Source of the DNA: a virus
Taxonomy: Duplodnaviria > Caudoviricetes
Reading direction: 5' to 3' (one strand)
IMG/VR virus record: IMGVR_UViG_3300028364_000013
DNA: 64,000 nt
In this document: positions 9,670 through 16,859 of the stretch, piece after piece
Layout of the letters: each line of letters opens with the position of its first letter
How positions within the stretch are numbered: position 1 is the first letter of the stretch
Notes under the pieces: generated by a model
The model's input: the letters and a program-made list of their open reading frames with translations, nothing else
What the model was told of the DNA's origin: nothing
Database searches by the model: none
Position numbers and translations under genes: made by a program

Positions 9670-10472
9670 TATATAGGTAAATTTACTTTATTTAACATTT
9701 TATTTGAGACATGGGTATATATCTCAGTGGTTTTAGATGATGAGTGACCCGCTATCTTCTGAATAATTCTAAGGTCTGTGCCGCTTTCCAATAGATTTGT
9801 GAAAGAAGAATGGCGTAGTGTGTGAATTGAAGAGTTGTTGTCAATATACTTCTTATATATTTTCTGACAACTACCAACTGAATACTGGTCATAATTTTGA
9901 CCATTAAACAAATAAGTTTTTGGCCTATATTCTTTCCAATAATACCTCAACAACTGCAGCACATAGTTCGATAATGGTACAACCCTATCTTTTCTTCCCT
10001 TAGCATTTTTAATATAAATCAACATTCTGATGGAGTCAATATCTTCTATTTTTAAATTAACAACTTCTGATACACGAAGACCAACTGAATACGTTAAAGT
10101 CAATATTGCTTTATGTTTTAAATTTTCAATCTTTGATAACTTATCTTTAATCAATTCTCCATCTATAACTTTTGGTAACTTCTTTTCTTTCTTTGGCCTC
10201 TTAAAAGATACTTTATCATACTTTTTATTGAGCCCAAACTTATAAAGAAATCTAATTGCGTTAATAACTTGATTTTGTTTTGATATAGAAGTGAAATTAT
10301 AATTATTAAGATATAACTGAAAATCTTTTGAATTGAGGTGAATTATTCTTTTATCACCGCACCAAGTAATAAATTGCTTGATGTAATGGGTATAAATGTC
10401 CTTGGTTCTTTCAGAGTAGTTTAAATATATAAACTTTTGTTCACAAATCTTTACAATTTTTTGATTTAACAT
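9669..10472 (-). CDS. Tyrosine recombinase (XerD/IntI-like, SAM-like N-terminus)
   Basis: Intact catalytic set: GLRVSE (R), AKGRKDR (K), HTLRH (HxxR), AGH, TEIYTH (Y). Confidence 0.92.
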   Translation of the reverse strand: MLNQKIVKICEQKFIYLNYSERTKDIYTHYIKQFITWCGDKRIIHLNSKDFQLYLNNYNFTSISKQNQVINAIRFLYKFGLNKKYDKVSFKRPKKEKKLPKVIDGELIKDKLSKIENLKHKAILTLTYSVGLRVSEVVNLKIEDIDSIRMLIYIKNAKGRKDRVVPLSNYVLQLLRYYWKEYRPKTYLFNGQNYDQYSVGSCQKIYKKYIDNNSSIHTLRHSSFTNLLESGTDLRIIQKIAGHSSSKTTEIYTHVSNKMLNKVNLPI

Positions 10473-10489
10473 CTTATATCAATTTAATA

Positions 10490-10531
10490 ATCAATGATTT
10501 ATAAAAAGGTGTTTATATATAGTCGTTATGT
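10490..10531 (+). other. attI-like half site next to the integrase 5' end
   Basis: gtttatatatagtcGTTATGT: R' core with an attC-like arm but no complementary partner arm. Confidence 0.55.
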
Positions 10532-10693
10532 GGCATTATACCACCACATCTTTTTTGTGATTTTGTGTTTTTTAACTAATTCCTTCGTATGTTCTTTAAT
10601 ATCTTCGTAATCTTTTGAAACTTCATTCAATTTTTCACAAAAAGATACGTAACAATCGTATTCATCATCAATTCTACTTATACTACTTCCCAT
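10526..10693 (-). CDS. Cassette 1 ORF, 55 aa (absent from ORF track)
   Basis: MGSSISRIDDEYDCYVSF...KMWWYNAT*; stop lies in the GTTA core. Confidence 0.55.
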   Translation of the reverse strand: MGSSISRIDDEYDCYVSFCEKLNEVSKDYEDIKEHTKELVKKHKITKKMWWYNAT

Positions 10694-10704
10694 AATTTAA
10701 CGCC

Positions 10705-10825
10705 ACATAACAACGTATATAAAACATTGCTTTAGTGGTCTTTTATTTAGTTTATTAATAATTCAAAATTTGTTGTTTATCTGTTAAGTTTCGGTTGGCA
10801 ACGTTTCATATACAAAACGTTGTGG
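10705..10825 (+). repeat. attC-like site 1
   Basis: ACATAAC..gtatataaaacattgc / gcaacgtttcatatac..GTTGTGG. Confidence 0.8.
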
Positions 10826-10830
10826 TGCAT

Positions 10831-11139
10831 TTAGAAAGAAAGTGCTTCACCTGCAACAACACCAGGGTCGCCATATTTACCTTCATCTTCTTCATCAAAG
10901 TTTTGTATAATTTGAAGAGCCTTTTTATACTTCATAAGGCGTTCAGTTAATGTCTGTTTTGCAAGTTCAATCCATTCACCATTTGGCGAGTGCTTGCAAC
11001 ATAAAATTCCGTTAATCACTTTTTCTTGATAATACATAGTTAAAAAACGCACCACAACAATGTATAACAGCAATAGCGGGTTGTAGTGCTTAATTTTAAC
11101 ACCATTGCTTCTAATTAATATTCTGTTTAATTCAATCAT
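10831..11139 (-). CDS. Cassette 2 hypothetical protein
   Basis: Bounded by GTTGTGGTGC / GCACCACAAC. Confidence 0.6.
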   Translation of the reverse strand: MIELNRILIRSNGVKIKHYNPLLLLYIVVVRFLTMYYQEKVINGILCCKHSPNGEWIELAKQTLTERLMKYKKALQIIQNFDEEDEGKYGDPGVVAGEALSF

Positions 11140-11183
11140 TTGTGCTTTCTAATCCGCTACTGCGGTTATACTCAGCGTTATAA
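11052..11183 (+). repeat. attC-like site 2
   Basis: CCACAAC..gtataacagcaatagcgg / ccgctactgcggttatac..GTTATAA. Confidence 0.8.
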
Positions 11184-11387
11184 GTCATTTAGAACTTCAA
11201 TTCTATGTGGTTCATAATCAATAGGAGTTATATAATACAAACAAGGTATGTTTTTACTCAAACCTCTCATTCCAATCATTACGTCAGAATCATTTTTATA
11301 ATCTACTTTGTCAGATAAAAAACGACTTATAACATCAGCTATATGTAACACCTTTCCATCTTTATCAAATATTTCTAATTTATCCAT
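11178..11387 (-). CDS. Cassette 3 hypothetical protein
   Basis: Bounded by GTTATAAGTC / GACTTATAAC; starts in the attC3 loop, stops in the core. Confidence 0.6.
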   Translation of the reverse strand: MDKLEIFDKDGKVLHIADVISRFLSDKVDYKNDSDVMIGMRGLSKNIPCLYYITPIDYEPHRIEVLNDL

Positions 11388-11457
11388 TGTTTCAGTATTT
11401 TAAGTTAGTATAGTAATCTATCAAGGTCGGCACTACACATAGCCCAAGCGGTTAGGT
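11327..11457 (+). repeat. attC-like site 3
   Basis: TTATAAC..gctatatgta / tacacatagc..GTTAGGT. Confidence 0.75.
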
Positions 11458-12057
11458 TTAATATTCACTAAGTTTAATGCTACCTTCAATCTCATTTCCC
11501 CAAGCATCCCATCCTTGTCTAATATTTCTGGAGAACAATTCTAATTTATTTCCTTTAGATACTTTTTCAATAAGTTCATAAAAGAAGTCTGGTTTTTTTG
11601 AATGGCAAGGGTAGCCGTTTACATATTGTCTTTTTTCTTCAAACCAAGTTCCGTTTATTTTTTCATTTACCAATTCATTAACCTTGCCTTTGGTTGCAAA
11701 AATTAAGTATTCAGTAGACACTTTAAAAGTTCCACCCATTCCGCTACCTATTGGTTTTTTACACCATACAAGGGTTGTAGAGTATTTAAAACCCCAAGCC
11801 TTTACAACTTCTTCCGCTTTCATTAAATACTTATTTGTAACCCACAAATACAAATGACAATTATCAGCAGTCAAGTTTTTAATAGGCAGGTTTACTATGT
11901 CTTCAAATTTCATTGTGTTATAAGGCAAGTCTGCAGACTTATCGCTTTTTGGATTAAACACTTGTACCCCATTTTCTTTTTTGTAACCACCGCTTAATGG
12001 TCTCCCTGCTTTTTGCTCCCAAGCTGGGTCTGCATATATTATATTGTATTTATTCAT
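11458..12057 (-). CDS. Cassette 4: MT-A70 family methyltransferase
   Basis: IIYADPAW, CHLYLWVT, WGFKY, HSKKP, LELFSR, GWDAWGNE. Confidence 0.88.
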   Translation of the reverse strand: MNKYNIIYADPAWEQKAGRPLSGGYKKENGVQVFNPKSDKSADLPYNTMKFEDIVNLPIKNLTADNCHLYLWVTNKYLMKAEEVVKAWGFKYSTTLVWCKKPIGSGMGGTFKVSTEYLIFATKGKVNELVNEKINGTWFEEKRQYVNGYPCHSKKPDFFYELIEKVSKGNKLELFSRNIRQGWDAWGNEIEGSIKLSEY

Positions 12058-12087
12058 ATTTATTCTTTAAAATCCGTTCATACTAAA

Positions 12088-12141
12088 ACCTAACAATGTG
12101 TAAAACGGCATTAAAACGACCGTTTACACTAGGCGTTGTAA
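12088..12141 (+). repeat. attC-like site 4 (54 bp)
   Basis: ACCTAAC..gtgtaaaacgg / ccgtttacac..GTTGTAA, one extrahelical A. Confidence 0.8.
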
Positions 12142-12156
12142 GTAATTGGTTTTTAC

Positions 12157-12381
12157 CTACTGCGTATCTGCATAAGCACATTCATTACATTTTCTTTCCA
12201 CATATACAGCAGTGTTTTCGCAACTATCACAAACCAACTCCGTACAACACCGTGTATAAATAATAGCTTGCTTATTTCTGTCTTTTAAGATTACGTAAGC
12301 TTCATCGCTTATTTTGTTATCTTGGTGCAACCTATCAAGTGTAAATCCTGTTTGGATAAGTTGGTTATTTGTTTCGTTCAT
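12157..12381 (-). CDS. Cassette 5 hypothetical protein (Cys-rich C-terminus)
   Basis: Starts inside the attC5 loop. Confidence 0.55.
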   Translation of the reverse strand: MNETNNQLIQTGFTLDRLHQDNKISDEAYVILKDRNKQAIIYTRCCTELVCDSCENTAVYVERKCNECAYADTQ

Positions 12382-12437
12382 TTTTATAAAATTTAGTTGT
12401 TATTAATCGCTACTATTCATACACAAATCAGTTGTAG
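12242..12437 (+). repeat. attC-like site 5
   Basis: GTACAAC..gtgtataaataatagc / gctactattcatacac..GTTGTAG. Confidence 0.75.
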
Positions 12438-12443
12438 TGAATG

Positions 12444-12635
12444 CTACAATCCTACCTTTGATTTAAGTTCAGATATTGACATCCAGCTTTTAATTGATTT
12501 TGGTTGAACCCAATCGCTTTCCATGTCTGCTTTGAACATTCCATCTTTGTAATAGGCAAATTCAAGTACTCCACTAATATGTTCAACCAACACCCTTGTC
12601 ATATTTTCGGGTAATTCTAAATCTGTATTTTTCAT
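12444..12635 (-). CDS. Cassette 6 hypothetical protein
   Basis: Bounded by GTTGTAGTGAATGC / GCACTCACTACAAC (13/14 complementary). Confidence 0.6.
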   Translation of the reverse strand: MKNTDLELPENMTRVLVEHISGVLEFAYYKDGMFKADMESDWVQPKSIKSWMSISELKSKVGL

Positions 12636-12670
12636 TTCAATTATACATTTAAGTTAATAATCCGCACTCA

Positions 12671-12735
12671 CTACAACACTTTGTATAGTGCATAGCTCGT
12701 GCCTCACTACGACACCATACAAGATGCCGTTGTAG
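12671..12735 (+). repeat. attC-like site 6 (65 bp)
   Basis: CTACAAC..ttgtatagtg / caccatacaa..GTTGTAG. Confidence 0.78.
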
Positions 12736-12747
12736 GTAATAAATTTA

Positions 12748-12930
12748 CTACTCTTGTGGTTCAAGAATGTCATAAGCATCTCTTATACATCCTTTTAATG
12801 TTGTGGCAACTGTTTGCATCCTAAAAGCACCGTTGTAATCTTCGGCTTTTATCTTATCATCAATTAAGCCTTGTAAATGTTGCCACTTGGTTTGCCATTC
12901 TTCAATCTGTTGTTTCAATTTATCTTCCAT
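12748..12930 (-). CDS. Cassette 7 hypothetical protein
   Basis: Bounded by GTTGTAGGT / ACCTACAAC. Confidence 0.6.
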   Translation of the reverse strand: MEDKLKQQIEEWQTKWQHLQGLIDDKIKAEDYNGAFRMQTVATTLKGCIRDAYDILEPQE

Positions 12931-12972
12931 TATATTTTTAAGTTTAGTGTTTCAATTCTGCAGGATTACTAC

Positions 12973-13028
12973 CTACAACAAAGGCTATAAAGCCATACAA
13001 GTACAGGCTCATAGCCTAGACATTATAT
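12973..13028 (+). repeat. attC-like site 7 (core variant ATT)
   Basis: CTACAAC..ggctataaagcc / ggctcatagcc..ATTATAT. Confidence 0.7.
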
Positions 13029-13038
13029 GCAATAAAAA

Positions 13039-13314
13039 TTACTTACGTCTTGGGTCTTCATCACACCATAGTTTATAACAATTAACTTTTCGCTTTATTA
13101 ACCGTGCTTTGTCTTGGATTTCTTCAAGGTTGGTAGCTGTTAATATAGCATCTAATGACACACTTCCACCACTACTGTCATCTAAATATCTTCCAAGCCA
13201 AACACTACCTTCGTCCGCTAATTCGTGCATTTTTGCATAATCAGGGAAACATTCTTTTACTTCTTTAATTAATTTTTGTGAGTACATAATCGTAATTTTA
13301 AAAGCATATAACAA
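13039..13314 (-). CDS. Cassette 8 hypothetical protein
   Basis: Bounded by (A)TTATATGC / GCATATAAC; true start may be internal (MYSQKLIK). Confidence 0.6.
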   Translation of the reverse strand: MLYAFKITIMYSQKLIKEVKECFPDYAKMHELADEGSVWLGRYLDDSSGGSVSLDAILTATNLEEIQDKARLIKRKVNCYKLWCDEDPRRK

Positions 13315-13434
13315 CGTGTATATTTTATTGCTACATACCGCCTATCTAAAGGCTTGTTAATATTTATTCAGTTCTGTTCTTATTTAAAGTTTATTGATAC
13401 CTATACGCAACAAAGCATACACAAACCGTTACCA
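13306..13434 (+). repeat. attC-like site 8
   Basis: ATATAAC..gtgtatattttattgc / gcaacaaagcatacac..GTTACCA. Confidence 0.75.
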
Positions 13435-13438
13435 AACA

Positions 13439-13729
13439 TTAAATAACTTGGTACATCATTCCTGCAACTTGTGGCCCGTGTGTGTCATACGCTTTATCAT
13501 AAGCATCATTACTATCTTCTGCCTCTATTTCAAACGTCCATCCGTCTTTCCCTTCTGATTCAAACCAGAATAAATAACGTTTGGTAACACTATCTATAGG
13601 TAATGTCTGCCCTAGCTTTAGTGCTTGTAAGCGAAATTCAAATTCGTTTAAGAACTCTTGGTCTGTTGGTGTTCCTCCGATACCCTCCATTCCTTTTACT
13701 ATGTCAATTACTTTTTCTGATATATTCAT
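13439..13729 (-). CDS. Cassette 9 hypothetical protein
   Basis: Bounded by GTTACCAAAC / GTTTGGTAAC; N-terminal half encoded in the attC9 loop. Confidence 0.6.
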   Translation of the reverse strand: MNISEKVIDIVKGMEGIGGTPTDQEFLNEFEFRLQALKLGQTLPIDSVTKRYLFWFESEGKDGWTFEIEAEDSNDAYDKAYDTHGPQVAGMMYQVI

Positions 13730-13786
13730 GATTAATTTTTAGTTATTTAAGTCGGGCAAAAAATACCCATAGATTTAACGTTAGCA
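13582..13786 (+). repeat. attC-like site 9 (205 bp)
   Basis: TGGTAAC..tctataggta / tacccataga..GTTAGCA. Confidence 0.7.
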
Positions 13787-13787
13787 T

Positions 13788-14036
13788 TCATAGTATTTGC
13801 CTTTCATCTATTGGTTTTTGGCATTCAATACAGTAAGGCGTACCATTTTCATCATTATCTCTACCTTTAGCCTGTGAGCATCGGCAAAATAACGAAATGC
13901 TAACATCAGGTATGGAGCAGTTTTTTACTCGCTCCTGGTCACATTCATTCCACACCTTCAACAGTGCTTGTTGTACGCTTGTACTATTGGGATAAGCTGT
14001 TTCAGCCTGTATCTCTTTTATTCTTTCAGTTGTCAT
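13788..14036 (-). CDS. Cassette 10 hypothetical protein (Zn-finger-like C-terminus)
   Basis: Bounded by GTTAGCATT / AATGCTAAC; CRC...CIEC. Confidence 0.6.
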   Translation of the reverse strand: MTTERIKEIQAETAYPNSTSVQQALLKVWNECDQERVKNCSIPDVSISLFCRCSQAKGRDNDENGTPYCIECQKPIDERQIL

Positions 14037-14096
14037 ACAATAAAGTTTAGTGTTTCAAATCCGTAAAAAATCCGCTCCATACCCCTAGCGTTATAT
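13898..14096 (+). repeat. attC-like site 10
   Basis: TGCTAAC..ggtatggagc / gctccatacc..GTTATAT. Confidence 0.8.
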
Positions 14097-14161
14097 GCAA
14101 TGCTACGTTATCACTTCGTATTAAGTTTCATCATAACATTCCCTTTGTTTTTCCACCGAAC

Positions 14162-14725
14162 TTATAATTCTAAATCCATATTAAATGGTTTAAAATTATT
14201 ATCTTCAATCATTTTCCTAACTCTTGGATGAAATTTATAAAATATTGAATTTGGTAAATCAATATCCCAATCCATCACGTCTATTAATTTGTTAATAATT
14301 CTACCTTGGAATATTTCATCTACATTTTCTATAAATAATTCATCAAAAGGAAAATGGACATTTCCAAATGTTGAATACATTTCAACCCAATCTAATATTT
14401 CTTTTTCTAATCTACTGTAATCATATCTAACTAAATCTTTTACTAATAGTTCGTTTTCACTATGTGCTATTATCTGACCACCATAGTCTAATAATTCTTT
14501 TCTATAAAGTTTCTTATGATTATCAGATATTTCTTTATACATTTTCTCAGGCATCTCACTACCATTTTCTATGTTTTTATTAACAAATGTTAAAAACTCT
14601 TTATCATCCCATAAATCATCTGAACTTGGTTCATAATTCATATCCTTTAAATTGCCATCTTGGTCAATATATGCTTCATTCAAATATTCACGTATAGTCG
14701 TTGCTATAAATTTTCTTAATTCCAT
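14162..14725 (-). CDS. Cassette 11 hypothetical protein with own TATTTATA motif
   Basis: MELRKFIATTIREYLNE N-terminus; cassette bounded by GTTATATGC / GCATATAAC. Confidence 0.7.
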   Translation of the reverse strand: MELRKFIATTIREYLNEAYIDQDGNLKDMNYEPSSDDLWDDKEFLTFVNKNIENGSEMPEKMYKEISDNHKKLYRKELLDYGGQIIAHSENELLVKDLVRYDYSRLEKEILDWVEMYSTFGNVHFPFDELFIENVDEIFQGRIINKLIDVMDWDIDLPNSIFYKFHPRVRKMIEDNNFKPFNMDLEL

Positions 14726-14841
14726 AATAATAAATAGTTTAATCTATATATAAATAATCACTTTTTAATATTCCACCCACAAAAATAAAACAAAAAGGCT
14801 TCGTTCTTCGTATCAGCATTTGTGGTTAAAATCCGCACAGC

Positions 14842-14859
14842 ATATAACAAGTGTTAGTT
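14842..14859 (+). repeat. Collapsed attC-like site 11
   Basis: ATATAAC-aagt-GTTAGTT: both cores present, stem and loop missing. Confidence 0.6.
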
Positions 14860-15111
14860 GCAATGCTGTGGGTTTTTGCAACCTTCGTAGTGTTCCATAT
14901 CGCTTCCGTAACCGTTATACCACAAAACATATTCGCAATTTCTAACTTTTACTATTTGTAAGTCTGCCTTCCATTTAGGGTTGCTTATGTACATTTCTCT
15001 GTTATCTTTTTCTTGCTCAATATTTTCTTTGGTTTCATCTCCACAAGAAGAAAGCACAGCAACTAACACAAAATATAGCGTATAACTTAATTTCGTTCTT
15101 AAATTTTTCAT
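14854..15111 (-). CDS. Cassette 12 putative lipoprotein
   Basis: Hydrophobic signal ending VAVLSS-C; bounded by GTTAGTTGC / GCAACTAAC. Confidence 0.6.
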   Translation of the reverse strand: MKNLRTKLSYTLYFVLVAVLSSCGDETKENIEQEKDNREMYISNPKWKADLQIVKVRNCEYVLWYNGYGSDMEHYEGCKNPQHCN

Positions 15112-15192
15112 CTGTTCTGTTTTTAAAGTTTATTAATTATTAAAAGTTTTGTGCTGTTTTTGTCGTTACACACCATATTCAACACGTTATCG
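15061..15192 (+). repeat. attC-like site 12
   Basis: AACTAAC..aatatagcgtataac / gttacacaccatatt..GTTATCG. Confidence 0.7.
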
Positions 15193-15204
15193 GCAAATGC
15201 TACA

Positions 15205-15378
15205 TTACTTCTTCGTATCAATATTTACGTTAGAAGTTTTTATTTTTTGCCCACGCTCTTTGATTAACTTACGTATTTCAGTTTCACATAAGTTTTTACG
15301 ACTTCTACCATCTTCTTTAGCAATAGCATCAAGAATATCAGTTTCATCTCTATCTAAATGTATTTCTATTCTTACCAT
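15205..15378 (-). CDS. Cassette 13 RHH/Arc-like protein, 57 aa (absent from ORF track)
   Basis: MVRIEIHLDRDETDILDAIAKEDGRSRKNLCETEIRKLIKE; TAATG coupling to the upstream ORF. Confidence 0.65.
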   Translation of the reverse strand: MVRIEIHLDRDETDILDAIAKEDGRSRKNLCETEIRKLIKERGQKIKTSNVNIDTKK

Positions 15379-15695
15379 TAATCAATCATTTTAATTGATG
15401 AGTATGCAATGTTCCAAACCTCTCCATTTTCTCTTTTACATTTAACTTTCTTTGGATTTAGTTTTAAAACTTCCCAAATTTCACCTTTAAATTTATCACT
15501 AGCAACGGAAACTATGTCTCCTACTTTCAAATCGGTTTTTGATTTTTCTTTCCGTTCCAATTTAATTTGATATTCTTGTTCACGAATAAGTCTATTTGCA
15601 TCAGCAATTACTTTGTTCAATTCATCTAATGATAATCCAGTCAAGTCTATTTTACTTTCAGTATTTATCGTTGCCAGTTCTTGTAGTAAATTCAT
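15378..15695 (-). CDS. Cassette 13 hypothetical protein (coiled-coil + SH3/KOW-like)
   Basis: DLKVGDIVSV...IWEVLKLNPKKVKC; own TAAGTTTG promoter at 15731-15738. Confidence 0.6.
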   Translation of the reverse strand: MNLLQELATINTESKIDLTGLSLDELNKVIADANRLIREQEYQIKLERKEKSKTDLKVGDIVSVASDKFKGEIWEVLKLNPKKVKCKRENGEVWNIAYSSIKMID

Positions 15696-15851
15696 CTTAT
15701 TTTGTTTTAGTGTTATAGTTAATCATACGACAAACTTACGATAAAGTTTCGTATAAACCAAATCTTTTTCAATTATTTTTCTTCCGACCCTAAAAAATAA
15801 AAACTTATTTAGTGCTTCGTATTGAAATTAAGATAGATAATCCGCATCAGC

Positions 15852-15916
15852 CGATAACATTTTGTATATTTCAGTTTGCGAAAAGCAAACCGATAACATA
15901 CAATTTGCCGTTACCC
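15852..15916 (+). repeat. attC-like site 13 (65 bp)
   Basis: CGATAAC..ttgtatatttcagtttgc / gcaaaccgataacatacaa..GTTACCC. Confidence 0.78.
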
Positions 15917-15922
15917 TTAATA

Positions 15923-16420
15923 CTAGACATCTGTTTTCATAAAAGACATCCAATGCGTATTTGAGCGTTTACCTGATTTGTGTCCAAATAATGGTTGATG
16001 GCCAATGGCATTTAATATTTGAGTAACTGTAATTTGGGTTTCGTTCCATTTGAATATTAAAGTCCCATAAGGCTCTAAAACTCGCATACATTCATTAAAT
16101 CCAGTTTTTATATCTAATTCCCAAGTAGGTAATAAAACACCATACTTTTTAGCCATCCAACTGTCTTTTCCTAACTTATTTAAGTGTGGTGGGTCAAATA
16201 CTACCATTTTGAAAGTATTGTCTTTAAATGGCATATCTCTAAAATCAACCTCAATATCAGGTTTAACCTCTATTGTTCTAATTCCAGTATTTACGCTACT
16301 ATCTTTTACTTCTACGGTTTCCGTTCTTATGTCAGCAAATAAAACATTAGGGTTTGTTTTGTCAAACCAGAACATTCTACTTCCGCAACAAGCATCTAAT
16401 ATTTTTTTATCTGTATTCAT
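15923..16420 (-). CDS. Cassette 14: class I SAM-dependent (putative DNA) methyltransferase
   Basis: ILDACCGSRMFWF, VVFDPPHL, GTLIFKW. Confidence 0.85.
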   Translation of the reverse strand: MNTDKKILDACCGSRMFWFDKTNPNVLFADIRTETVEVKDSSVNTGIRTIEVKPDIEVDFRDMPFKDNTFKMVVFDPPHLNKLGKDSWMAKKYGVLLPTWELDIKTGFNECMRVLEPYGTLIFKWNETQITVTQILNAIGHQPLFGHKSGKRSNTHWMSFMKTDV

Positions 16421-16454
16421 TATTCAAATTTCGTTTTTAATCAACCCGTACTAA

Positions 16455-16521
16455 GGGTAACAATTTGTATAATGCATAATTTGTAAAAACAAATTCCGAC
16501 ACCATACAATAGCCGTTAGCG
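16455..16521 (+). repeat. attC-like site 14 (67 bp)
   Basis: GGGTAAC..ttgtataatg / caccatacaa..GTTAGCG. Confidence 0.78.
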
Positions 16522-16528
16522 GTAATGG

Positions 16529-16759
16529 TCAGACGTTGTATCTAACAGCAGATGCCATTGCTATCAACAATAGTATTCCTGTTATAATAGCACCATCTGT
16601 TCCGAACATTTGTCCTATACAAAACATTACACCACCTGCCAATATTGTTGATACAAACATATACCATCCAGTTCCACTTTTAGGCTTTAATAAACCACTA
16701 CCGCTAACAAAGGGTTTATTAAATGGCTCAGTTTCGTTTTTCAAATTATCTTTTTCCAT
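16529..16759 (-). CDS. Cassette 15 two-TM membrane protein
   Basis: Bounded by GTTAGCGGTAATGG / CCACTACCGCTAAC (16695-16708); its attC lacks a right arm. Confidence 0.6.
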   Translation of the reverse strand: MEKDNLKNETEPFNKPFVSGSGLLKPKSGTGWYMFVSTILAGGVMFCIGQMFGTDGAIITGILLLIAMASAVRYNV

Positions 16760-16859
16760 ATTTTAAAGTTTTATGATTCTAATTAATTTTTGTGCGTAAA
16801 GTAACATTAAGTTAATTATCATAAAATATGATGAAAGTATATCTAAAAAAATAAATAAG

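Larger units (their letters stand above)
9669..16760. mobile_element. Integron-like element: tyrosine recombinase + attI-like site + 15-cassette array
   Basis: Fourteen attC-like sites (one collapsed) plus a terminal half site; each cassette is bounded by complementary cores; inserted within rnr. Confidence 0.85.

Noticed and set aside
10525-16760. CRISPR array
   Set aside because: Repeats are not identical, spacing is irregular (hundreds of bp) and the intervals hold ORFs; no cas genes.
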